The position numbers were made by a program, and so were the translations under genes. Source: a candidate division FCPU426 bacterium (GTDB taxonomy: Bacteria; Oederibacteriota; Muellerivitia; Muellerivitales; Muellerivitaceae). From it: a stretch of 64,000 nt of DNA. The stretch spans positions 44,703-108,702 of the forward strand of contig CAWHOE010000034.1 of NCBI GenBank assembly GCA_963830915.1, written 5' to 3'. A model generated the notes under the pieces. The model was not told where the DNA came from. It did no database searches and worked only from the letters and a program-made list of their open reading frames with translations. How positions within the stretch are numbered: the stretch's first letter is position 1; each line of letters starts with the position of its first letter. Below are positions 9,477 through 20,948 of this stretch, piece after piece.

Positions 9477-10810
9477 TCAAGAACGACCTCAATTACTACT
9501 GGGAAAAATATTTTTCCCACCGCAAACACCTGCTGAATCGGGCTGGAATTATGGCTGGTGCCCGCATTATTGGGTTGGGTCTTGGTTTTTTCGGCTCGGT
9601 TTGGGCAGCCCGTTGTCTGGGTCCCCATAACTTTGGGATTTCTGGGATGGTACTAGGGGTCGTTGTCCAGGCTTCCCTGGTCCTGGGTTTGATGAACGAT
9701 ACGGTTTTGATCAGAGAATTTAAAAATGCCCCGGATATCGAGTCCAAAACCCGGTTGGTTAAAGTGTCGATGGGTTTTCGTTTAATAGCTTGTCTGATCA
9801 TCTCACTGGTGGCAGTTTTTCTTTTGGTCTTTCACCTTCTTCCTTACGACTACCATTTTGCCGGTTGGCTGTTTTTGCCGATCATGATTCTGACCGGTTT
9901 TCAACCGCTCTGGGTATTCCAAGCGGCTGAAAGACAACACTTCCAATCCCTTATCGCGGTGATCCAACCGTTATTGATGGCCATACTTTACTTTGGGTTT
10001 TTCAAACCGGGGATGTCGGCAGGAGCGGATCTGGCTGTTAAAACAGCCATCCTGTCGATCATGATTTGGATCTATTGGGGGGCCCTTTTCCGCTGGTTGC
10101 CTCTTAATGGGAAATGGTTCGATAAGGGGTATTGGGAAATGGTGAAATCACTGATAGCGCGATCCCGATGGATGTTCGCAGTGGGGTTGGCTATCAATGT
10201 TTATGCCAATCTGGACTTGCCTTTAGTGGGCTGGCTCTATTCATTGGATGAATTGGGGAAATACCGAACCGCCGTTTCAATCATGGGTTCCGCTCAGTAC
10301 ATTTTTGATATCGTGCCAAACATCCTCTACCCGAGGTTCTTGGAATGGAAAAAAATGGGAGAAGAAGTGTTGTGGAGGCGACAGGTAAAACTGGCATGGG
10401 TCTTTTCCGGTCTGGGGGCGGTGGGCACGATCCTAGCTTTTCTCATCATGCCGACAGTTTATCCCTTCGTGTTTACGCCGGCCTTTTCCAGGGCGGCTAT
10501 TCCTTGTGTTATCCTGCTCGGCTCGAGATGCCTGATCATGGTAACGACCATTTTATACATGGGATTAGTGACCGACCCTCGGTATGACAAAAAAGTATTT
10601 CTTATTACCCTTTTGACCGCGGTCCTGTCCTTGACATCCAATTTGATCTTCATCCCTAAATTTGGTATGTACGCCGCAGCCGTCACCAATGTGGCCAGTG
10701 AAGTTCTCGTTCTCTCGTTGTGTGTCGTTGTAGGTTTGAAAAAGATCGCCGCGTCCCGAACCGAGGCGGCGCGATTATCTGAATTTCTGACCGGCGGAAA
10801 TGAGAAATAA
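9473..10810 (+). CDS. Wzx-type polysaccharide flippase (second)
   Basis: Multi-TM; ARCLGPHNFG, LGKY, NLIFIPKFGMYAAA; TTG start overlapping the previous TGA chosen (ORF track starts at 9440). Confidence 0.85.
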   Translation: MIKNDLNYYWEKYFSHRKHLLNRAGIMAGARIIGLGLGFFGSVWAARCLGPHNFGISGMVLGVVVQASLVLGLMNDTVLIREFKNAPDIESKTRLVKVSMGFRLIACLIISLVAVFLLVFHLLPYDYHFAGWLFLPIMILTGFQPLWVFQAAERQHFQSLIAVIQPLLMAILYFGFFKPGMSAGADLAVKTAILSIMIWIYWGALFRWLPLNGKWFDKGYWEMVKSLIARSRWMFAVGLAINVYANLDLPLVGWLYSLDELGKYRTAVSIMGSAQYIFDIVPNILYPRFLEWKKMGEEVLWRRQVKLAWVFSGLGAVGTILAFLIMPTVYPFVFTPAFSRAAIPCVILLGSRCLIMVTTILYMGLVTDPRYDKKVFLITLLTAVLSLTSNLIFIPKFGMYAAAVTNVASEVLVLSLCVVVGLKKIAASRTEAARLSEFLTGGNEK

Positions 10811-10932
10811 ATACCAAAAGGTTAAAGGTTTGTTTGGCATCCCTGCAGACTGTTCTTGTGACTTCATGTTTTTCAAGCGAATATCTCCTGTTCTGAACCC
10901 GCTAACTTGTGGAGGTTGAGAATGCCTGATGG

Positions 10933-11409
10933 TTGGTGAGTACCTTAGCGGTGAGTTTTGCTCTGAATCGGTTGATGAACATATACTATGCCATTCAATT
11001 GACCTCGGGTTGGACCAAACGGATTTATTTTATAAATTTATTTTCGGCTTTTATCCACGTGCTTTTGATCATCCTGCTTACTCAATTGTACGGTGCTGTC
11101 GGCACAGCTAGTGTTTGGGTTTTGGTAATTACTGGATATATTTTGATCGCAATGCCCATCGTGCTTAAGCGTTTGTAAAAAAAGAAACGAGGATATGATA
11201 TATTCAAGATGCTATTGGGCTTCTAGCTGGACCTTTGGTGGTGGTATTGGCTGCCTATTTTCTTAACCCCGTGAACCAATTCGGATCTTTTTGGAAATTG
11301 TTTACTTTTGGCACAATATGGACCATGGCTACGCTCTCAGCTGTTTTTTGTCCCAGATACTTTGGAATATGGGCCTTCGTTACATCAGAAAACAAAAAGG
11401 AGGTTTGAA
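10933..11409 (+). pseudogene. Decayed 3' remnant of another Wzx flippase
   Basis: LNRLMNIYYAIQLTSGWTK...YGAVGTASVWV resembles a flippase C-terminal half; hydrophobic sequence continues past TAA 11176-78 in a shifted frame with another in-frame stop; no 5' part. Confidence 0.65.
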
Positions 11410-12677
11410 TGGCTGATTTAAAAACTCCTACGGGTGCTACCCAAGCTGAAAAATCCACGTCGAGACCCTTTTTTTCCATAATTATTCCCACCGTGAATCG
11501 GCCCGATTTCTTGGAGGCTACACTTAAATCGGCTCTCTGGCAGACCTTTAAGAATTACGAAGTAATTGTATCCGACAGTTCTGACAACGATGAGACGCAA
11601 AAGAGGATCCGGAAAATTATCCAGAAAGAAGCAGATTCGTCGCGGCTTCGCTGTATTCGGCCCGGTAGATGGATGAATATGCCCGATCATTTGGAATTCG
11701 CCTCCGGTTATGCTACAGGCACCTATGTTCTTTTTATGACGCATCGCCGCGTGATGAGACCAGGTGCGCTGGAATATTTATTTTCCAAAATCAAAACCGC
11801 GCCTCCCGGAATTGGATTGGTTAGCTGGTATGATCATGGGGCTATTCGGATTTATCAGGAATAGTGAATGGCGGGCCCTTTTCGGGGGAAACCAAACTGA
11901 TTCAGTCCAAGGAATTGGTGAAGGATTTCGCCACCTTTGAGCAATGGAAGGAAGGCGGATATTGGGCTCAACAGCTTCCGCATACCTTTAATAGCTGCTA
12001 TCTTTCCAACTTGGGGGAGGAGGTTCGTAAAGACTATAACCGAATATTTTTTCCCCGTGTCACCTGATTTTATGGCGGGTTTTTTAATGTTGGCTCATAC
12101 TCCGGAAGTCCTCTATCTCGATAGCCCGCTTTATTTACAGCATTCAGGTAAATTTGTAGGAAACGGTACCGTTAGTTTCGTAGAGGGGGTCGAAAAATTT
12201 ACTAGCACTTTTCCGGAAATCGATCCTTTCGAGGGTGTGCCCATTCGTTTAAACACCTTATTTAACACCTTGGCCCGTGATATTTTGAGGGCCAAGGAAA
12301 TGGTTGGGAATAAGTATTCGGACATCCAGCCCAATTGGGTGGGCTATTATGTGAGCAATTATTTGGAGATCATGGATAAAGAACAAGTGGGATCGGGAAT
12401 GGATATTTTGAACCTTTATTCCCTTTGGGAAGAAGGTGTGACCCGTCTTTCGGCGGAGCAACAGCTCCAGGTTCGGGAGATTCTCAAGGGGTTCCAAAAG
12501 CGCAGGGCTTCTTTTATCCTTCTTCGTAGACTGGTGCGGAAAATGGGCTTGGCACCCTATTACTCCATCGTCATTGGTAAAATCCGTAACCTCCGTCATC
12601 GGATCACCGGGAAGCCTGTTTATTCCTCTGTTTTTGAGGCCGCCATCGACACTGATAACTTATCGCCGAAGTCATAA
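11409..12677 (+). CDS. GT2 glycosyltransferase, split by two frameshifts (sequence error or pseudogene)
   Basis: FSIIIPTVNR...VSDSSD N-terminus; ORFs 11409-11864, 11864-12067 and 11937-12677 join into one reading if one base is removed at GGGG (11838-41) and one at T6C4 (12047-56). Confidence 0.75.
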
Positions 12678-13053
12678 AGGATTTTGATAAATTAAACGAG
12701 ACATTAAACCCCAATGAAATCCTTGAAAAAATCATTGAACGGATGATGACTTCCGAAAAAATCTTTAAGCTTTTTTGATTTTCCTTCCCTTTTGTCGGTC
12801 TTTTTCCATGACCCCCGTATTTGGATGCCAAGGACAAGATTGGGCATGAGCCCCACTATCTGGTCATCATCAACAGCCTTTTAATGGATGAGGACCTGGA
12901 CTACAAAACGATTACGATTCCGGTCGGGAAGGCACCTGGAAGGCGGGAAAAAGCGCATTGGGGAGTCCTTGGACTTACAAACGGAGCTGTTGGCCCGGGG
13001 TTAACAGGTTATTAGCTCCAAAGTCTATCGGGACACGAATAAATGGAAGGAAG

Positions 13054-13083
13054 AAGCCCATGGCGTTTGCCTCGGGCTTTTTT
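13054..13083 (+). terminator. Probable Rho-independent terminator
   Basis: AAGCCC...GGGCTT stem followed by a T run. Confidence 0.5.
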
Positions 13084-13290
13084 ATCCTATTTTAAACAGG
13101 CATTTACGCAGGTTTATTTGCATAATGAAAAACCGGCTGGAGAATATTTCCAATATAATTCGTCTACGCTCAATTAGCTGATTTTGAGAAAAAGTTACTC
13201 ATTGAAAAAGTGGGCGTTTTTTTGGTTTGAATAGAGTAAAAAATCAGCACTAATAAATAATCTTTAGAAACAGCAGGAATTGGACGGAAT

Positions 13291-14463
13291 GTGGTGTTAA
13301 AAAATCGTAATAAATTAAAACAAGATCCTGATAGATCCTACTTTTTCAAATCACCTATCAAGACCCAGTTTATACGTTTCGTTGACACGATGGGTTCCTT
13401 CTTTTTCCATGAAAAAAATGCGCCTATTGTCTGGCGGGATATTAAAAGAATAGCCGTCCTGCGTTTAGACCACCTAGGGGATGTACTATTAGCTTTGCCG
13501 TTTTTGGAAGCCTTGAGAATGTCTTTGCCTCAGCTGGATATCGATCTATACGCCGGTCCTTGGGCCGAAGAACTGATCCGACTAGCGGGATTTAAAATAG
13601 GCTTCAAGGTTTTTAACGCCCCGTGGTTCGACCGAGCCAATCTACATCCCTGGTCTTTGAAGGGAATTCAATCCTTAAGCCGAAAGTTAGCTATGGGGCG
13701 GTATGACGCGGTCATCGATTTAAGAGGGGATTTTCGTCAGATCATCGCCATGAAATGTTCCGGGATCCCCATTCGGATCGGACAAATAAGAACCGGCGGT
13801 GGATTTTTATTGACCCATCCGTTGGTCTATCGGAAAGGTTTACATGAGATTGACAGGAACCTGGAAATTTTGTCTCAACTGGGTTTGAGCCCTTCAATAA
13901 ACAGTGTCTCGCCTAAGATTATCCCAGCCGATGATAACTGTAAGTCCGATAAACAGATACGAAGAACGCTTTCTATAACAAAACCAGTCATAGCACTGCA
14001 TTGTACTTGTTTGGCCAGCGCTAAACGCTGGGGAGAAGAAAAATGGCGCCAACTGGCGGAATCACTCCCGGATAATGTGGATATAGTGGTGTTGGGTTCG
14101 AAAAATGAACAGAAAGATGCGGAAAAGATTTTCAACGGCTGTCAAAGGAAGGTTGTATTTGCTATAGGTTTATTTTCCTTAGGAGATTTGGCCGCTTTTT
14201 TAAAGGCATGTAAACTTTTCATCGGGGTTGATTCAGCCCCTGCCCATATTGCCGCATCCGTAGGGACGCCGGTGATTTCCCTATTTTCGGGTACCAATGA
14301 ATCCAGCCAATGGAGCCCGCGTGGTCCGAAGGTCATGGTCCTTCAAAAAAAAACATCTTGTTCACCTTGTGAACTAATGGTTTGTCCCATCGCTAATGAG
14401 TGTATGAATCAAATTATTGTGGAAGAGGTATTAAAGGGTTCGGATCGCTATCTGCGGAATTAA
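13291..14463 (+). CDS. GT9 glycosyltransferase (ADP-heptose:LPS heptosyltransferase family)
   Basis: RLDHLGDVLL, AKRW, FIGVDSAPAHIAASVGTPVISLF, CSPC motif. Confidence 0.9.
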   Translation: MVLKNRNKLKQDPDRSYFFKSPIKTQFIRFVDTMGSFFFHEKNAPIVWRDIKRIAVLRLDHLGDVLLALPFLEALRMSLPQLDIDLYAGPWAEELIRLAGFKIGFKVFNAPWFDRANLHPWSLKGIQSLSRKLAMGRYDAVIDLRGDFRQIIAMKCSGIPIRIGQIRTGGGFLLTHPLVYRKGLHEIDRNLEILSQLGLSPSINSVSPKIIPADDNCKSDKQIRRTLSITKPVIALHCTCLASAKRWGEEKWRQLAESLPDNVDIVVLGSKNEQKDAEKIFNGCQRKVVFAIGLFSLGDLAAFLKACKLFIGVDSAPAHIAASVGTPVISLFSGTNESSQWSPRGPKVMVLQKKTSCSPCELMVCPIANECMNQIIVEEVLKGSDRYLRN

Positions 14464-14543
14464 ATGATCGTTACGAAGACGCAAATAATATAAGGCCGTT
14501 CAGTGTTCTTTGATGTCATTGAGGATCCATTTCTTAAATAAGA

Positions 14544-15725
14544 TCAAATCCCAGCTAATGTTTTTACGAATTCTTCCTCGGATACAGGCCGATAATTACT
14601 TGTTTTGGAGTCCAATTCACTGAATTCTCGATAGGTATTTTCCAAGGCCCGGGTGAGTGATGATAAGGAGTTATTCTCGAAAAAAACGGTCTTATTGTAT
14701 TGGGCCCCGGCCCATCCCAACCAACCGTAATTCGTGGAAAGGATGACCTTGCCAAGAATGGCGGTTTTCGCGAAAAAAGCCGATGTCCCAACATGACTGC
14801 GATATGGAAGGCATACCACATCCATTTGATCCATCAAATGGATTAGCTCATCGTTCTTCAAATACCCATTGAAAACCTGGAATCGATCCCCCAAAACACT
14901 TTCGGCTTGTTTGAATTTTTCAAGCAGTGCAGGGTCGAAGAAGTGTCCGGCATAGATCAATCTCGCGTCGGAAGGAAGATCGGCCTTAAGAAACGCGTCG
15001 ATCAAGAAATCCGGTCCTTTTCGATCGCCTGAACGGGCCCCTCCAGGGAAACCGAAACAAACCCCTTTTTTACGGTCGGCGGAGGGTTGAGCCGGTCTTT
15101 GGTTGAGATAATCGCCCATTGAGTAAAGGGGTTCAGGACAAACCGTCAGAGAAATTCCGAATTTATCTTTAACCCTTTTGATCGCCCATTGGTCTAGATA
15201 AGTGGCTTCCACAGGAGCCCGCGATTTCAGCCAAAAAGAAATACGGTCCTTCAGATGAGCGAGAACATTCCGTCCGGGGTAAGCGACGCCCAGATAAAGG
15301 AGACAGCTATGGATCTTCAAACGACCTGGGGTCCAGCCCAAAAGACTGGCAATGCCGAGCGTTTTAACCAAAGCATCCGCAGTACTCACTATTAGGGCAT
15401 GGATTTGACGTTTTTTCAGTTCTTTCTCGATTGCCCTGAATCGGGTCCAAAGGGCTAGTGATTTTTCTTCACTGAAATTATCACCGACAACCATTGTGGT
15501 GAATCGGCCCTCTAATGGTTTCAAATGAACTTGGTATTCTTCGGAACGAAATGTCGATTGGGTAGAAATGAAAAGAAGCGGTTTTTTTGTCTTTTCGTAA
15601 ATATGGCGAATGAGTATTTCGACAAAAGCCAAAGTGTGCCCCGCGTGATTATCTTCCCAAACAGCTATCTCTGGATTGGTTTGGTTCATGGTTCCCTCGG
15701 TTATTTCTTTGTTTTCATTATGCAT
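14544..15725 (-). CDS. GT-B fold glycosyltransferase (GT4-like)
   Basis: N-terminal GH motif, RKGPDFLIDAF, DVVCLPY, GKVILST. Confidence 0.75.
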   Translation of the reverse strand: MHNENKEITEGTMNQTNPEIAVWEDNHAGHTLAFVEILIRHIYEKTKKPLLFISTQSTFRSEEYQVHLKPLEGRFTTMVVGDNFSEEKSLALWTRFRAIEKELKKRQIHALIVSTADALVKTLGIASLLGWTPGRLKIHSCLLYLGVAYPGRNVLAHLKDRISFWLKSRAPVEATYLDQWAIKRVKDKFGISLTVCPEPLYSMGDYLNQRPAQPSADRKKGVCFGFPGGARSGDRKGPDFLIDAFLKADLPSDARLIYAGHFFDPALLEKFKQAESVLGDRFQVFNGYLKNDELIHLMDQMDVVCLPYRSHVGTSAFFAKTAILGKVILSTNYGWLGWAGAQYNKTVFFENNSLSSLTRALENTYREFSELDSKTSNYRPVSEEEFVKTLAGI

Positions 15726-15817
15726 CTCGATGGTTTTGCATTGTTACATACTATCGAAATTTAGTTGAAGTTCGCTTGGAAAAAATCTTATAGGTGTATC
15801 TGTCGAATGTTCCGCCC

Positions 15818-16951
15818 TTATCCCAATTTACTCAAACCTAAATAGAGCCCATGGATTTGTTCAGCGATGATTTGGTTAGAATATAGACGCAGGACTTGTT
15901 TTCGACCCCCGAGTCCCGTTTTTTTCCTGAACTTAACCGATTGGGCCAAAGTCATTATTTTTTTGGATAAATCCTCAACATCCCCTTCTTTAAAAATAAA
16001 ACCTGCCTTTCCGATAACTTCTGGAATGGCGCCAGAGTCTGAGCCAATCACTGGCACTCCGCAAGCCTGGGCTTCAATGATCACCCTGCCGAATTGTTCT
16101 TTCCAGGTGGGTGTGGTTAGGGAGGGAAGGACCATGACATCCATGCAATTGAGATAATCGGGCACTTGGGACTGATCCATGGCGGCCACCCATCGGATTT
16201 TGTCAGCAAGACCCAATCGAACCGCTTTCTGTTCCAAATCAGCCCTCAGTGGTCCATTTCCAACGATCAATAGTTTGGCTTTCGAGTTCTTCAACAGGGC
16301 GAAGGCTTCAAGGAGGTGTTGGACGCCTTTTTCAGGCACTAAACGGCCCAAATAGCCGATGGTGAAAGGCCCGAGTTCTAATTCTTTCTTTAGATTGGAA
16401 ACGTTCTTTTTCCGAAACATCTTGGGATTGACCCCGTATTGGGGAATCACCGATATCGCGGCCTTGGGATAAGCGGCTTTCTCCAGAAGTTGACCTGCCT
16501 CCAGGTCGCCTGCGATGGCGTGGTCAGCGGTCTCCAAAACATAACGTCGGATCGATTGGTGGGGAAACCCGAATTTTTCCAAAAGATTTTCCCAAGTGAA
16601 GAAGACGAGGCGGGCATTCCACTTGCGGGCGGCCCGAGCCGCTTGCCAAGCGGTCAGACTATAAGGTTCTTCCTCAACGTGGATGATGTCTGGTTTTATT
16701 TGTCCCACATGTTTTGAAAAAGACGGGTAGAAATGCCGCTTGATACGGCCTTCAAAAAATACTGGCGCGGAAATGATCCTGAACCCTTCTTTCTCAGGTG
16801 ATTGGTCGAATGTTCGAATTCTTTTTCCCGCTTCGTACCAAAATTCGGGAAGTAAAAGGGTTATTTCGACATCCTTTTTTTGGGAAAGAAGACGCAATTT
16901 TTCCCGATAATTGGGAACGACTGAACTGTGAGAAACGAAAAATATTTTCAT
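15818..16951 (-). CDS. GT4 glycosyltransferase
   Basis: GRLVPEKG, EQFGRVIIEAQACGVPVIGS. Confidence 0.92.
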   Translation of the reverse strand: MKIFFVSHSSVVPNYREKLRLLSQKKDVEITLLLPEFWYEAGKRIRTFDQSPEKEGFRIISAPVFFEGRIKRHFYPSFSKHVGQIKPDIIHVEEEPYSLTAWQAARAARKWNARLVFFTWENLLEKFGFPHQSIRRYVLETADHAIAGDLEAGQLLEKAAYPKAAISVIPQYGVNPKMFRKKNVSNLKKELELGPFTIGYLGRLVPEKGVQHLLEAFALLKNSKAKLLIVGNGPLRADLEQKAVRLGLADKIRWVAAMDQSQVPDYLNCMDVMVLPSLTTPTWKEQFGRVIIEAQACGVPVIGSDSGAIPEVIGKAGFIFKEGDVEDLSKKIMTLAQSVKFRKKTGLGGRKQVLRLYSNQIIAEQIHGLYLGLSKLG

Positions 16952-17059
16952 GGAATCGCATTATATCTTGGTTTTGCGGAAGGCTAGCCGGATATTTACC
17001 GATATACTATCCTCTATAGGTTGATCGAAATACAGCAAGGGATCCTTAAAGGATGACCC

Positions 17060-18139
17060 GTGAAAATTGCCGTTGATGTCAGGATGATGTGGGCCTCTGG
17101 CATTGGTTCCTATATCCGGAATTTAGTGTCACGGATCATCGTTCGATACCCTGATATCAAATTCTACCTGTTGGGAAATCCAGCTGAAATGGACCGATGG
17201 GAGGGTTTCAAGAAACCCAATGTTCAACGGATCAAGACTTCCTCTCCCATCTTTTCCTTTTCCGAACAATGGGAAATCGCCCGAAAGATCCCTTTGGATT
17301 CAGCGCTTTTCTGGTCGCCGAATTACAATTTTCCTGTCCTGTACAAGGGGAAGCTTCTGGTGACGGTCCATGATGTGTTCCATCTGGCCAATCCCCAATT
17401 CGTTTCCGGCCCTCATCGAAGGTTCTACGCGAAGTTTATGTTCAAGAAATTGGTCGATCGGTCGGATGAGATCCTTTGTGTGTCCCAATTCACCAAGAAG
17501 GAACTATTGCGATTGGCGGGTGGGAAGGCCGATAAAATGAATGTGATCCATAATGGCGTTGACCCGTCCTGGTTCAAGGTCGCAAAAAAGGAAAGGCCCC
17601 ATCCCAAGCCTTATTTATTGTTTGTCGGGAATGTGAAACCTCACAAGAATCTGGGCCGTTTATTGCAGGCATTCGCCTTGTTGAAGGATAGGATCCCCCA
17701 TGATCTGATCCTGATCGGTAAAAAAGAGGGTTTTATTACAGGGGACAGGGAAGTGATAAACCAGGCAGAAAGGTTTGGGAAAAGAGTTCGTTTCACTGGT
17801 GTATTAGAGGACGAGCAGCTTCATCAATTCTATGCTTGCGCCGATCTACTTGTTTTCCCCTCCCTTTATGAGGGTTTTGGTCTACCACCTTTGGAAGCCA
17901 TGGCGAGTGGAACGCCAGTCGCCTGTTCGAATACCGCTTCTTTGCCGGAAGTCTGCGGAGACGCGTCCATTTATTTCGATCCATATCGACCTGAAGATAT
18001 GGCCGAAAAAATTGAAAAAGTACTAACGGATAAGACTCTTAGGAAAGATTTGATGAAAAAAGGTTTGGAACATGCCCACCGATTCGACTGGGAAAACACG
18101 GTAGCCGAAACCGCCAGGATTTTGGAGCGCATGTTTTAA
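17060..18139 (+). CDS. GT4 glycosyltransferase (MtfB-like mannosyltransferase)
   Basis: VTVHDV, VGNVKPHKN, FPSLYEGFGLPPLEAMASG. Confidence 0.93.
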   Translation: MKIAVDVRMMWASGIGSYIRNLVSRIIVRYPDIKFYLLGNPAEMDRWEGFKKPNVQRIKTSSPIFSFSEQWEIARKIPLDSALFWSPNYNFPVLYKGKLLVTVHDVFHLANPQFVSGPHRRFYAKFMFKKLVDRSDEILCVSQFTKKELLRLAGGKADKMNVIHNGVDPSWFKVAKKERPHPKPYLLFVGNVKPHKNLGRLLQAFALLKDRIPHDLILIGKKEGFITGDREVINQAERFGKRVRFTGVLEDEQLHQFYACADLLVFPSLYEGFGLPPLEAMASGTPVACSNTASLPEVCGDASIYFDPYRPEDMAEKIEKVLTDKTLRKDLMKKGLEHAHRFDWENTVAETARILERMF

Positions 18140-18170
18140 GTTGGGAGTGGGAAAAATAAGATGTGGAAGA

Positions 18171-19529
18171 TCAAAGTTTTGACTGAACAGTCCCTCCTGT
18201 CGATGGCAAGTTCGATCCTGTTTCCCCTGATTTCAACAAGAGCCTTATCGATAGGAAAAAGATAAGCCAATAATCCAACCGGGGGAATGTCTGGCTTAAA
18301 AGGAATTGGATCGAAAAATGTATGAGCCAGGCAAGAAAGACGATCGTTTTCAGATCGGCGTCGGGACTTTTTTTCCAAGCGGTCGTCATATTGGAAAGAA
18401 CAGCGAATAGGAAAGCCAATACTCCCAAGGTGCCCGACTCCAAACCAATTTCGGTCCATGTCACCATTGAAAATTGACTCAGGCCCTGGCTGTTATTGGG
18501 ACCGACCTGAGGGGTTACGCCGTTTCCCAAGACCGGATGTTGCATCCAAAGCGCGAAGCTTTCCTTGGCGTTGGATAATCGATCCCCTTCACTGGAACCT
18601 TTTTGATGGATACGTGCCGTTGAATCCACTCCGATCGGACCCGAAATGAATTGCAAGTAACGGCGCGCCTGGGGAGAGATACAAAATAAACCCATGAAAA
18701 GGACGGCGATCAATATCGTCCTGACGGTGACGCGCCATAAAGGGTTGAATCTCCGCCGCACCACAAGGAATAAGATCATCAAGGTCAAAAAAACAAATTC
18801 CGAAATGATGCCTGTGCGAGAACTGGTGATAATTACCGAGCTGACCACGAGGGCCGGGATCCACCCGGATCGATTCAATGGGCGGCGGATATCGGATGAA
18901 AATAGGCAGAGGAAAGCGAAGGTCAAGGCGCATCCGGCGTAAGAGGGTTCGAAATAGAATGCGTTAGGTCGGTAGGTTTGGAAGCCCATAAATCGCCAGG
19001 ACTCCTGGGCGAAACCAATGGGAATGGAAAAGAAAGAGACCGCGCCCGGCATGCCTGGACCCAGATCTTGGAAGGAGGTGAAAGACCCGAAAAAATACAG
19101 CGCGACGGCTTCCAACCATATGAATCCCGCTATCAAGACGATCCCCCACTCGAAACCCCGCTCCAGGGATTCTTCTCCCCGTTTATCCAAGCAAATCACC
19201 GCGGCCAAGATAATATTGAACAATCCCCATCCCCATTTGATGGTGGTAGGGAAAGGCGTGGCTGAGCTAAGGGCGGCGATCTCATAGATCGTGAAAAAGG
19301 GTATCCAGGGGATCAAAATACTCAAATGGGTTTGCGCCTGTGGTGATCGGTCCTTAATTTGATTGAAAAGACGCAAAATGATGGGCAGGGCGGCGAGTAA
19401 AAGAAGGGCCTGTCCGAAACGAAAGTTGAAGCCATGGATCCTTATCGCGAAGACCACATCCGCGCTGGAAAGAAAAAAGAGCAAGGCGAAGAACAGAGCC
19501 TCTAATGTCTTTCGGTTTTGCCCGAACAT
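18171..19529 (-). CDS. Wzy polymerase / O-antigen ligase-like membrane protein
   Basis: Multi-TM; RPNAFYFEPSY, TSSRTG, HPVLGNG, ESGTLG. Confidence 0.75.
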   Translation of the reverse strand: MFGQNRKTLEALFFALLFFLSSADVVFAIRIHGFNFRFGQALLLLAALPIILRLFNQIKDRSPQAQTHLSILIPWIPFFTIYEIAALSSATPFPTTIKWGWGLFNIILAAVICLDKRGEESLERGFEWGIVLIAGFIWLEAVALYFFGSFTSFQDLGPGMPGAVSFFSIPIGFAQESWRFMGFQTYRPNAFYFEPSYAGCALTFAFLCLFSSDIRRPLNRSGWIPALVVSSVIITSSRTGIISEFVFLTLMILFLVVRRRFNPLWRVTVRTILIAVLFMGLFCISPQARRYLQFISGPIGVDSTARIHQKGSSEGDRLSNAKESFALWMQHPVLGNGVTPQVGPNNSQGLSQFSMVTWTEIGLESGTLGVLAFLFAVLSNMTTAWKKSPDADLKTIVFLAWLIHFSIQFLLSQTFPRLDYWLIFFLSIRLLLKSGETGSNLPSTGGTVQSKL

Positions 19530-19729
19530 TCGTGTTTACCTTTAATGAAATGAGATTCTTGAAGGGTGAGAACGCCCTTATACTACCAAACAATTTCGGT
19601 CTTCAATATTTTTAATAGCAAGTTTCAGGGCTGTTTAACATGAAGTGATAAAATGAATTCCTATTTGAATCGCTGGATCGATCCTTAGTCTTTTTGCGGT
19701 ATAAAACAATCACGCTTTGATCGGAATCT

Positions 19730-20947
19730 ATGAGGCTGGCGCTAGTCAATAACTACCTTTATTACCGGGGCGGCGCGGAAAAAGTGTTCCGTGACCAAAA
19801 GGAACTCTTCCAGGAAAAGGGTCACGATGTTTTCCTTTTCAGCCAAAATCATATCGATAATTTGCCCGATGAAAATCAAAGTTGGTTCCCCCGGTGGAGC
19901 GACCCGAAAAAAGCCGGATTCATTACCGGTTTGCCTAGATTGTTGAAATTCATTTACTCCCACGGGAATCGGAAGATTTTCAGGAGGTTTCTACAAAGGT
20001 TCCAACCCGATCTGGTCCACGCGCATAATCTTTATGGGGGACTAACGATGGCGGTCATTGACGCGGCGGCGGAACTGGATATCCCGGTGGTCATGACTTT
20101 GCATGATTATAAAATGATCAGTCCTTCTCCCAACCTTCTTTCCGGTATCGAGCCCTGTCGGGAATGCCTGGTTCGCCCAGGCGCCTTGAATTGCGTGTGG
20201 AAGAAATGCCATCGGGGAAATTTTAAAAGCACCCTGGCTTATTATTGCGAAACTTGGTTCAATCGGAGGTTTAAAAAATACCATAAGGTTAAAACCTTCA
20301 TCGTTCCTAGCCAGTACATGAAAAATACCATTACCACCGCGGGGGTTGACCCAAATGTTGTGAAAGTGGTGCCAAACGCCATCCCTCTCGGACCGCCACC
20401 CGCCTTCAATGAGAAAGGTGGTTATTATTTTTACGCGGGTAGAATGTCGGATGAAAAAGGAGTTCGGCCTTTGCTGGAGGCCTTCGAGAATTTTTCCGGC
20501 CATTTGATCTTGGCTGGGGATGGTCCTCAAATGGAGAATTATAAAAAGATAGCGAAGGGGAAAAATAACATCCAGTTCGTCGGGCAACTGGACCAAACCC
20601 GTATGGATGAACATTACCGTCGCTGTACGGCGGTCGTCATCCCCTCCCTATGGTCGGAAACATCATCCATGACAGCCCTTCAGGCCATGGCCAACGGTAA
20701 ACCGGTAGTGGCCAGCCGGGTAGGGGCACTTGCGGAAATCGTAGAGGATGGAGTCACAGGGTTTCTTTTCGAGCCTGGGAACGTAAAGCAATTAACCGGA
20801 TTGCTTAAGGATTTGGATTCTCACAAAGCTTTGGCCGAGCGAATGGGCGAAAACGCCCGCGTGGAAACGGAAAAGAAATACTCGCAAGAACGACAATATG
20901 AAACGTTGATGGGGATCTACGAGATGGTATTAAGAAAGGGAAATTAA
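19730..20947 (+). CDS. GT4 glycosyltransferase
   Basis: RGGAEK, TLHDYK, GRMSDEKG, PSLWSE...AMANGKPVVAS. Confidence 0.92.
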   Translation: MRLALVNNYLYYRGGAEKVFRDQKELFQEKGHDVFLFSQNHIDNLPDENQSWFPRWSDPKKAGFITGLPRLLKFIYSHGNRKIFRRFLQRFQPDLVHAHNLYGGLTMAVIDAAAELDIPVVMTLHDYKMISPSPNLLSGIEPCRECLVRPGALNCVWKKCHRGNFKSTLAYYCETWFNRRFKKYHKVKTFIVPSQYMKNTITTAGVDPNVVKVVPNAIPLGPPPAFNEKGGYYFYAGRMSDEKGVRPLLEAFENFSGHLILAGDGPQMENYKKIAKGKNNIQFVGQLDQTRMDEHYRRCTAVVIPSLWSETSSMTALQAMANGKPVVASRVGALAEIVEDGVTGFLFEPGNVKQLTGLLKDLDSHKALAERMGENARVETEKKYSQERQYETLMGIYEMVLRKGN

Positions 20948-20948
20948 G

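Noticed and set aside
12821..13015. 64-aa ORF in the AT-rich gap
   Set aside because: TTG start without a clear RBS and no recognisable motif; it may be a remnant but cannot be supported.
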